Shown here piece after piece: positions 19,155 to 26,193 of a stretch of DNA of 42,935 nt. The stretch comes from a virus (taxonomy: Duplodnaviria > Caudoviricetes). A model generated the notes under the pieces. That model had not been told where the DNA came from, did not search any database, and worked only from the letters and a program-made list of their open reading frames with translations. Numbering within the stretch: the stretch's first letter is position 1; each line of letters begins with the position of its first letter. The stretch lies in the IMG/VR virus record IMGVR_UViG_3300027690_000121, positions 1-42,935 of that record; one strand, 5' to 3'. The position numbers and the translations under genes were made by a program.

Positions 19155-19211
19155 ATTCCGCCCAGGCCCTATTATATAGATCGTATGCGTTGCATGGAAA
19201 ACTCCTTCCCG

Positions 19212-20312
19212 TCACGGTGAACGGCCTAAAGCGCTCTCCCGAATCCCCAGCCACGCGAGCCCCATGAGCGCCAGGGGCGCCACGTGGAACGTGAACCACC
19301 CGGCCGAGGAGACCGCCGCGGCCGAAAGGCCGGCGATCGCCGCCGCCTCGGCCCGGCCGATCGTCTTTCGCCTCCGCCAGGCCGTCATTGCCAGGTGCGC
19401 CACGAAGGCGAAGATGAACCCCATCGCCGGCAGGCCCAGTTCGAAGCCCGCCTGCAAATACTCGTTGTGGGCGGATTTCCACCACACGTCCGTGGAGAGC
19501 ACGGGCTTGTTCCCCACCCGGGCGATCTCCACGGTTTTGGTGAGCTCCGCGTCTCCGGCGATGAAATAGGGAAAGATCTGCTGGAACGAGCCCAGGCCCC
19601 GCCCCCAGGGCGCCGAGTCATAGGTCTGGACCACGTGGCGCCAGATGCGGAAGCGCGGATCACCGAGAGTGCGGTCCACCGGGTCCACCATGTGGATGAG
19701 AAAAATCATGCTCCCCATGACCGCCAGGCCGGCCGCCACAGTTTTCCATCCGGGCCGGAGGCGCAGGGTGAAGTAGACCGCGATCCCCACGCCGGCCGCG
19801 ATCGCCGCGGTGGTGGAAGCGGTGGCGATGATCAGCAAAACGAGCGCCGGGATCGCCGCGCCCCACCAGCCCTGGAAGGCCGGGAGGGAAAGCGCCAGGT
19901 AGACGCCCGCCGAGCCCGGGTTGAAGAACCCGGCGGGACGGCCGAATTTGTTATAAAGGGGGACCAGGCCGATCACCTGGAGCGCCATCAGCGCCGCCAG
20001 GCTCAAGGCCCCGATCCGGATCGCCGCCATGAGCCGGTCCGGCTCGACCTCCCGGAAAAGATCCACCGCCAGGAGCCCGAGGACGATCATGGCGAACGAG
20101 GCGTAAGAGATCGCCGCCGGGTGCCATACGATTTGGATGAGCGCCAGGAGCGCGAAAATCCTCCGCCACCAGGAGCGCATCAAAAGCGCCGCTCCCAGGC
20201 CCGCGGACCAGACGAGCAGGAGCTCCCAGCCCTCGCGGCAGTTCCAGCCGGGCACGGCCAGGACCGGGGAGAGGGCCAGGAGAAAGAGCGGAATGGCGGC
20301 GATTCGCTTCAT
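19212..20312 (-). CDS. O-antigen ligase / O-oligosaccharyltransferase-like polytopic membrane protein (Wzy_C family)
   Basis: About 10 hydrophobic segments; GFFNP, R.RIW, GRGLGSF and AHNEYLQAGFELGL motifs of the WaaL/PglL family. Confidence 0.85.
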   Translation of the reverse strand: MKRIAAIPLFLLALSPVLAVPGWNCREGWELLLVWSAGLGAALLMRSWWRRIFALLALIQIVWHPAAISYASFAMIVLGLLAVDLFREVEPDRLMAAIRIGALSLAALMALQVIGLVPLYNKFGRPAGFFNPGSAGVYLALSLPAFQGWWGAAIPALVLLIIATASTTAAIAAGVGIAVYFTLRLRPGWKTVAAGLAVMGSMIFLIHMVDPVDRTLGDPRFRIWRHVVQTYDSAPWGRGLGSFQQIFPYFIAGDAELTKTVEIARVGNKPVLSTDVWWKSAHNEYLQAGFELGLPAMGFIFAFVAHLAMTAWRRRKTIGRAEAAAIAGLSAAAVSSAGWFTFHVAPLALMGLAWLGIRESALGRSP

Positions 20313-20322
20313 CGTTCCTCGA

Positions 20323-20823
20323 TCAGTTGGCGGAGATCCCCGTGGGCATCGCGTGGATGAAATACATGGTCGATTCGCTCACGTTGTCGATCTCGCCCGT
20401 GAGCCCCTGCATGACCACGCCGAGCACCTGCACGTAAGCGTCCGCCCCCGTACCTTTCGTGGTGGTGAGCGCCCCCGCCGTGGTGCTTAAATAGAGCGGC
20501 GAGCCCGCGCTCGCGTCCGTCTGCCCGGCCAGGATTCCGGAGATCACGATCTCCACCGTGCTCCCCTCGGTGCCGCCCTTGTCGATGACGCCCACCGCGG
20601 GCCGCCGGCTCGGATCGTCCGCGTCCGCCTTGTAGACACGGCCGTCCACGCTGGCGAAACAGACCACGTCCCCGGTCACGAGCGTCTGCCCCGCACCGGC
20701 CGTGGCCGAGAAGCGCATGAACTTCGTCTTCCACCGCTCCGCGGCCTGGGACTGCGGCGCCAGGAAGAACGCCATCAACAGCACGATCGCCAGCGCGATT
20801 CCTGCTTTCTTCATTGCCTTCAT
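20323..20823 (-). CDS. Capsid decoration/cement-like protein (DUF2190-like) with N-terminal signal peptide (166 aa)
   Basis: Directly after the capsid gene; AAGGAGG SD; MKAMKKAGIALAIVLLMAFFLAPQSQA signal; G..L..GD.V...G.VYKADA...AVG...G.PLYLSTTAG motif. Confidence 0.75.
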   Translation of the reverse strand: MKAMKKAGIALAIVLLMAFFLAPQSQAAERWKTKFMRFSATAGAGQTLVTGDVVCFASVDGRVYKADADDPSRRPAVGVIDKGGTEGSTVEIVISGILAGQTDASAGSPLYLSTTAGALTTTKGTGADAYVQVLGVVMQGLTGEIDNVSESTMYFIHAMPTGISAN

Positions 20824-20850
20824 GGTTTTCCCTCCTTCATTTTGAATTGA

Positions 20851-20967
20851 GCGCGCGGCGAGGGAACGTCCGTGAAGGCGCGAAACGAAAGGGTGGAGGC
20901 CGGAAAGATTTCCTGATCTCTGCTCTTCGTCTCGTGCCCTCACGGCCCTCTCCTCTCAGCCCGTGCG
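20851..20967 (-). other. Long intergenic RNA stem-loop between capsid and decoration genes
   Basis: CCGUGAGGGCACGAGACGAAG pairs with UUUCGUUUCGCGCCUUCACGG including G-U pairs (core 20870-20945). Confidence 0.6.
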
Positions 20968-20974
20968 TTATCTG

Positions 20975-23551
20975 TTACACTTCGGCCTTGTAGCCGCTGC
21001 GGTAGTCGATGACCGCCCCGGCATACTCGTGCCGTCCTTTGTGCCGGATCTTGTCCGCCACGAACACCTGCTCCGACTGGGGCATGTCCGCCACGAAAAA
21101 TTCCGGCTCCTCGTTGCCGTTGAGATACCCCATCTCGATCATGTCGATGACGCTCGGAGGCATCAGGAGCCCCCAGTCCGCCGTGTCGGTGAGCAGCGTC
21201 ACCTGCACCGGGTTGACGCGCTTGTAGAGCGGATTGGGTAGCTTGGTGGTGAGATCGTTCGAGGAGTAATAGAACTCCTCGTTCGCCACGCGGCCGGCCA
21301 GATCGAAGATGTCCGGCGGGTGGACCAGGTTCGGCTTCACGTCCACGCCGTCCAGCAGCCCGATCCGCTTGGAGTTGTCCTTCTCCGTGGTCTTCGCCAG
21401 GAAGAGCCACGCGGTCTTGGCCGTGGAGTGGCTGAGGGCCGAGGAGCCCAGGTTTCCGTGCCCGCTGGTGAACCAGGCGGTCGCGTCCGAGCAGTTGGAG
21501 TTATTGACGAAGAAGTTCCACACGTACTGGCCGTGGGTGCGGGCGAAAGCCCGGCCGAAGGCGTCCACGAGCCTGGTGATGAGCAGGATGTCGTCGTTGA
21601 TGATGGTTTTCCGCGTGATGGTGAGCAGATTTCCTTTCTGCCCCAGCGTGTAGGTGGACTCCTCGTCCGTCACTCCTGCGATCTCCTGGTAGTCGGCCGC
21701 CTCGGGATCCACGTCCGCGATGTCCGGGAACCCGCCCACCAGCACCGCTTCCTGCTGCCGGAAGTCCCTCACCGGCTTACGGATGGAGATGAGGACGTCC
21801 GTGTGGAAGTTCATCTGCCGGTAGGCCCGCACAAGTCTCCTTCCCAGGGTGTTCCCGAGCACGTAGGTGAAGGTGGCCGAGGTGATGTCCGCCCTTGCCC
21901 TGAGCTCCGCCGGGAGACGGCTGCGATAAAACCGGCCGGAAACCTCCGGGTCGCCGGTGAGATAGGTGTACATCTCCCGGATGGATTGAAAGGCCGGCAC
22001 CTCGTCGAAAGCTTCGAGGTCCTGCATGGAGCGGGCTTCGAGGTCTTCGAAGAAAGGCCGGTGATCGAGGCGGGTGTGCTTCTTGGCCCACTTCATGTCC
22101 TCCAGGGTGAGCCCGAGCATGCGGTCCGCCGCCATCTGGATGCGCTCGAAGCTTCCCAGGCCCAGGCCGATGCCTCCGGCCGGAACGGGATCATCCTTCC
22201 GACTCGCCTTTTCCACCGCGGCCAGGAAGTCCTTCATGTCGTTGACAGCCCGGGTGAGCTCGTCCGCCTCGAAAATTCTGTCCTTGAAATCCGAGCGCAG
22301 CCTTTTCACCGCGTGCTCGGGAAGTCCCGAGCCCGCGAGGGTCCGCTCCAGATCCATCTCGCAGCGGAACTTCCTGAATTCGTTCTCGTCCACGAACTTC
22401 CCGCCGTCTCCGGGCGGGTCGTCCTTTGCGGGGGGCGGATCCGCCTTTTTGGGCGGCTCCATCGCCATCCGCGCCAGGCCCGTGATCTCCTCGTCGGTGA
22501 GCGCGTTCGCGTCTTTCCCTTCGAGGAGGTCCGGGCGCTTTTCCTGCAACAGCTTCAAAAGCTCCTCTCGATTCATGATTCTCCTCCCCTGATGGTTTTG
22601 GGCCTGACGGGACGCCACGGCCCGGATAAACTTGCCGCCCGCAGCGGGGCGGGTCACGATATCTACAGAGTCAACGCCCAGAAACTTCGTCACCCGGCGC
22701 ACGACTCGTCCTTCCATCTCCTCCATCCTGGCTTTTACCGGCGCGTCGTAGCTGAGCCCGTAGACGCGCTCTCCCCCCTGCATGGCCCTGACCAGGTTCT
22801 TTCCGATCCACGCGGCCGAATCCAGGAAGTGGAGCACCCCGCGCAGCCCTTCGCCCGCCACGTAGCGCACCTTGTCGATCCAGCCCGCCTTATTCTTGAC
22901 GAGAAGCGACTTCACGTCGAATAAGGGATCGGGCACGTGGGTGGCGTCCGGGAGCTCGTATAGGTTTACGTCCGTTCCTTCGAAAAAAGAGGCCGCTTCC
23001 CGCAGCACCTCCTCATCCAGGAACCAGGGCTCCATATGCTTCGACAAACCCGGCTCGCAGATGACGACGTCCCACACGGCCCCCTCCGGGTCGCGGGCCT
23101 GGATCAGGCGCGAGGAAAGCTCCACGCGCTCGTCGCTTCCCCCGTTCTTCGCCCGCTCGATCCAGCTCTGCTCCATCTCGGTCTCCTCGCCGCCGAACTG
23201 CACCTCGCCGCCCACGAGTCCATAGGAGACTTTGTAGTATTTGCCGTCGCGGTTGAAGATGAGATAAGACGGGAAGACCTCGTACACGTAGCAATGCTCG
23301 GACCATTTGTTTTGCACGGCGCTCCAGAGCATATCCCAGAGCTTATCCAGGCTCATGTCCCCCCTGGCTCTCCACTCGCCGTCCTTCCCCTTCTCGTACT
23401 TCTCCTTGACGTTACTCCACGCTGCAGTCCTCGCCTTCTTCTCGTCCTTTGTCTCGGCGAGCACGGCGTTGAAGGTCTCCACGGCGATCTTCACCGCCCC
23501 CTCGGGCAGGTTCTTGGCCCAGTCGGGCGGTTTGTCGATGGTGTATGGCAT
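20975..23551 (-). CDS. Fused ChaB-like domain / prohead protease / scaffold / major capsid protein (858 aa)
   Basis: N-terminal LPEGAVKIAVETFN..AAWSNVKEKYEK.KDGEW (ChaB-like); GLSYD...SVDIVTRPAAGG (protease); ITRKTIINDD, GYLNGNEEP, DYRSGYK (Mu gpT-like capsid). Confidence 0.88.
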   Translation of the reverse strand: MPYTIDKPPDWAKNLPEGAVKIAVETFNAVLAETKDEKKARTAAWSNVKEKYEKGKDGEWRARGDMSLDKLWDMLWSAVQNKWSEHCYVYEVFPSYLIFNRDGKYYKVSYGLVGGEVQFGGEETEMEQSWIERAKNGGSDERVELSSRLIQARDPEGAVWDVVICEPGLSKHMEPWFLDEEVLREAASFFEGTDVNLYELPDATHVPDPLFDVKSLLVKNKAGWIDKVRYVAGEGLRGVLHFLDSAAWIGKNLVRAMQGGERVYGLSYDAPVKARMEEMEGRVVRRVTKFLGVDSVDIVTRPAAGGKFIRAVASRQAQNHQGRRIMNREELLKLLQEKRPDLLEGKDANALTDEEITGLARMAMEPPKKADPPPAKDDPPGDGGKFVDENEFRKFRCEMDLERTLAGSGLPEHAVKRLRSDFKDRIFEADELTRAVNDMKDFLAAVEKASRKDDPVPAGGIGLGLGSFERIQMAADRMLGLTLEDMKWAKKHTRLDHRPFFEDLEARSMQDLEAFDEVPAFQSIREMYTYLTGDPEVSGRFYRSRLPAELRARADITSATFTYVLGNTLGRRLVRAYRQMNFHTDVLISIRKPVRDFRQQEAVLVGGFPDIADVDPEAADYQEIAGVTDEESTYTLGQKGNLLTITRKTIINDDILLITRLVDAFGRAFARTHGQYVWNFFVNNSNCSDATAWFTSGHGNLGSSALSHSTAKTAWLFLAKTTEKDNSKRIGLLDGVDVKPNLVHPPDIFDLAGRVANEEFYYSSNDLTTKLPNPLYKRVNPVQVTLLTDTADWGLLMPPSVIDMIEMGYLNGNEEPEFFVADMPQSEQVFVADKIRHKGRHEYAGAVIDYRSGYKAEV

Positions 23552-23567
23552 GGTTCAATCTCCCTCC

Positions 23568-23592
23568 GGGCTGGTTTCAAACCCGCCCCTAT
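23568..23592. repeat. REP-like palindrome GGGCTGGTTTCAAACCCGCCCCTAT
   Basis: Imperfect hairpin nearly identical to the 32773-32801 palindrome. Confidence 0.65.
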
Positions 23593-23598
23593 CCACCC

Positions 23599-23982
23599 CT
23601 ATGCTTTCTTCCCGCCCGTCAGCGGCTTCCTGGGCTTCATACGGCTGATCCCGTCCACCTGGACCGCGTCCAGGGCCAGCACCTTGTCGCCCGCCCGATA
23701 GCGCACCTTTGCGCCTCCGTGGGTCACGAGCACGGCCACGGGCTCATCCCCGTCATATTCCACCCGGCCCTTGAGAAGATATTTCTCCGCGATCCCGTAT
23801 GCCTCGCATCCTTCGGCGATGAGCTTCTTTTCCTCCTTGGTGGGCTCGGGCTCCTCGGGCGAGACAAAAGGCGCCAGCACCTCGGCGAGCTGGGCGTCCT
23901 TCTTCCTGAGCTCCGCCTCCAGCTCCGCGATCCTGGCCTCCCGATCTCCGCCTTTCTCCTGTTCTTTGCCGTTCTTTGCCAT
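23599..23982 (-). CDS. Hypothetical head-module protein (127 aa, MAKNGKEQEK...)
   Basis: AGGAGG SD before ATG at 23982. Confidence 0.75.
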   Translation of the reverse strand: MAKNGKEQEKGGDREARIAELEAELRKKDAQLAEVLAPFVSPEEPEPTKEEKKLIAEGCEAYGIAEKYLLKGRVEYDGDEPVAVLVTHGGAKVRYRAGDKVLALDAVQVDGISRMKPRKPLTGGKKA

Positions 23983-24034
23983 TTTTGCCTCCTGTTGTTC
24001 GGTTTGCCGGTTTAGCCGGTTTGCCGGTGAAAGA

Positions 24035-24247
24035 CTATGCCGGTTCGAATCGAATTCCCCGGTCCCCCGGGTAGGGCTCCCTGTGATCGTGTCTTTCCTC
24101 GGTGATCTCCTCGGGAATCCCGTCCGGGAAAGCCTCACACGCAGGCATAGAGTTCTCCTCGACGCCTTCCTCCGTATCCCGATAAACGATGTCTCCGTGG
24201 AAATGCTTGCAGCCAATGCACTGTGCGCTTATATTCGGTGCTCCCAT
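24035..24247 (-). CDS. Small Cys/His protein, candidate immunity/partner of the MuF extension (70 aa)
   Basis: C..C.H...C.AFPDGIP..I....H..PYPGD.GI.FE motif; immediately follows the HExxH domain. Confidence 0.7.
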   Translation of the reverse strand: MGAPNISAQCIGCKHFHGDIVYRDTEEGVEENSMPACEAFPDGIPEEITEERHDHREPYPGDRGIRFEPA

Positions 24248-24249
24248 GC

Positions 24250-25017
24250 TTATTCTCCCAGCATCTTGAAAATTACACGCTCAAGCTCCGACGGCAGCAT
24301 TCCCCGCCTGTAGCCCGGCGCGGTCATCAAGGCGAAGGTTTCCGCGATCTCGTCGGGAATTTTCGCCGCGTACCAGCTCACGTTTTCCCGGAACCAGTCC
24401 CGCCTGGCGTTTCCGGGTGTGAGGAGTTTCGCCGCCGTCCGCTGCCAGTCCCTCACGATTTCATCGGTGGATAGAGCGTGGCCCAGCTCATGACGAAAAT
24501 TCTCCTTAGTCCTCGTCCGGGTGTATTCAACCGCGTATTTCTGTCCATCATGCCGAATTTCCCAACCCTGCCATTTAGCCAGTTGCTCGGCGGAAAGCTC
24601 GTCGGCTGTGCTCAAGCGAATTTTTCTTCCCTGCAGCCTCGTATAGCCCATATCGCAACGACCCTCATCGGTCTTTGTGACATAGAGCGTATCCACCGGT
24701 TTTTTCGCCATGTTCGGGTACTGCCGTCTCAGCCGATCCCATTCCCGGTTCACCTTGTTGAGCTTCGCCAGGCGCTCCGCGTCGCTCCCGAGCGGCTCGC
24801 CCCACTTTCCTCCTCCCTGGTAGTCCACCAGCCCCACGCCCATCTCCCTGGCCGCCCACCGTTCCGCCTCGACCAGGGTTCCAGCCGACGTGAACGCCGC
24901 CGGCTTCATGGGCGCGGGCTCGATCCCAGGCTCCGTGTACTCGGCCCGCTCCGTGTAGGGCGTGGGCTCCCAGGTCCTGGGCAATTTCTCCCAGTCCGGG
25001 AGAGTCAATACGTGCAC
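24250..25017 (-). CDS. HExxH zinc-metallopeptidase-like domain, in-frame continuation of MuF past a UGA
   Basis: RHELGH plus VSWYAA..PDEIAETFA third-ligand region; first codon is directly after the MuF TGA in the same frame; no well-spaced SD. Confidence 0.75.
   Translation of the reverse strand: MHVLTLPDWEKLPRTWEPTPYTERAEYTEPGIEPAPMKPAAFTSAGTLVEAERWAAREMGVGLVDYQGGGKWGEPLGSDAERLAKLNKVNREWDRLRRQYPNMAKKPVDTLYVTKTDEGRCDMGYTRLQGRKIRLSTADELSAEQLAKWQGWEIRHDGQKYAVEYTRTRTKENFRHELGHALSTDEIVRDWQRTAAKLLTPGNARRDWFRENVSWYAAKIPDEIAETFALMTAPGYRRGMLPSELERVIFKMLGE
24981..25017 (-). promoter_or_regulatory. Candidate bacterial SECIS hairpin downstream of in-frame UGA (25018-25020)
   Basis: UGA GUGCACGUAUUGAC UCUCCCG GAC UGGGAGA AAUUGC: 6-7 bp upper stem, G-starting loop about 20 nt from the UGA. 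Confidence 0.5.
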
Positions 25018-25791
25018 TCACCCGCAGTTGACCGACTCCTCGGCCGGCAATCCCGGCGCGTGGGGATAGGGGATGCCGCCCGGAAAGTCCTCGTCGAAAG
25101 GCACCACGACCCCGTCCAGGGCCGCATGGTTCGCTCGCGGATGGGCCTTGCCGCTGGAGATCCACTTCTTCTCCCACTCCTCCCCGGGGCTCCCCTTGAC
25201 CGTCTGCTCCTGCCGCGCTTCCCGGGCCGCGCTCTGCACCCTGGCCGATTCCGTCCGGGTGATGGTCTCGGCCCGGCTGAAGATGGTCCGGAAGACCCCC
25301 GGATCGGAGAGGTTCCGGCCGATCGCCTTCATCACCTCGAACTGGGGCTTCTGGCCCATCACGCCCAGGGTGATCTCGTTCGTGACGCGCTTCATCGCGT
25401 CCGCGGAAAGTCCCTTGACGAGGTCCGCGGAGTAGCCCTGGAGAATCGAGAGAAGCGTCCGGGGCAGCTCGGGAAGGGCGTATCCCAGACCCACGAAGTG
25501 AAGCGGCCCGTCCACCTGGTCGATCCCCGCGTTCCATACGTTCGAAGCGTGCGCCTCCTGGTTCGTTCCGAAGCGCTGCCGGAAGCCGTCCATCGCCCGC
25601 TCCACCGCCTCCTTCATCTGCGGAATGTAATACTGGTCCCACTCGGTCTCCGCGATCCGCGCCGCGATCTCCCGGCGCGACTGCTCCAGAATTTCGCCCG
25701 CCCTTTTGACCGCCGCATCGTCGAGCTTTCCCGCCCGGTCGATCAAGTCCCGGATCTTCCTCCCGTATGCCTGCTCCCGCCGTGTGGTCAT
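25018..25791 (-). CDS. MuF / SPP1 gp7-like minor head protein (257 aa; 513 aa if UGA is read through)
   Basis: RAETITRTES, KKWISS...PRANH..LDG..VP.DE.F, YPHAP.LPAEESVNCG motifs; follows the portal gene. Confidence 0.88.
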   Translation of the reverse strand: MTTRREQAYGRKIRDLIDRAGKLDDAAVKRAGEILEQSRREIAARIAETEWDQYYIPQMKEAVERAMDGFRQRFGTNQEAHASNVWNAGIDQVDGPLHFVGLGYALPELPRTLLSILQGYSADLVKGLSADAMKRVTNEITLGVMGQKPQFEVMKAIGRNLSDPGVFRTIFSRAETITRTESARVQSAAREARQEQTVKGSPGEEWEKKWISSGKAHPRANHAALDGVVVPFDEDFPGGIPYPHAPGLPAEESVNCG

Positions 25792-25961
25792 GGTTCAAAG
25801 GTTTCGATGTATTCGAGTTTGTCCTTGTTGATATGCACCGTCCCGCCGGAGTCCTTTTTCAGATGCATCCAGACGCTGTCGCCCTTCCACTCACCCTTGA
25901 CCTTCTTGTAATGACCGCTCTCAAAGGCCACGAGGATCTCTCTCTTCTCACCTTCCGCCAT
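25788..25961 (-). CDS. Hypothetical protein (57 aa, MAEGEKREILVAF...)
   Basis: AAGGAG SD, ATGA overlap with MuF; below ORF-track cutoff. Confidence 0.6.
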   Translation of the reverse strand: MAEGEKREILVAFESGHYKKVKGEWKGDSVWMHLKKDSGGTVHINKDKLEYIETFEP

Positions 25962-25962
25962 G

Positions 25963-26193
25963 TCAATCTCCTTTTTGATCGGCGGACTGCGGCATGTCCC
26001 CGCGCACCCGCTCCTGACCGATCTCCGAATTTACCATCCTCCCCAAGCATCGGCTCGTGAACCGGAGCTGGCCCGCGTGGACGTGGCACACCTCCCAGCC
26101 GAACCCGCCCAGGACGAACCGGGTTCCCACCGGCGGAAGGAGCTTCTCCTTTTGCCGGTTGGGCAGGGTCCTCATGTCCACCTGCTCACTCAT
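25963..26193 (-). CDS. Hypothetical protein (76 aa)
   Basis: Overlaps portal stop, AGGAG SD. Confidence 0.55.
   Translation of the reverse strand: MSEQVDMRTLPNRQKEKLLPPVGTRFVLGGFGWEVCHVHAGQLRFTSRCLGRMVNSEIGQERVRGDMPQSADQKGD

Noticed and set aside
20824-20943. 206-aa version of the decoration protein that would hide its signal peptide
   Set aside because: The upstream GTG lies in the hairpin; ATG 20823 has a strong AAGGAGG SD
25018-25020. Genome-wide UGA reassignment (genetic code 4 or 25)
   Set aside because: Many genes end in TGA with ATGA/TGATG coupling to the next gene, so UGA is a normal stop; any readthrough is local
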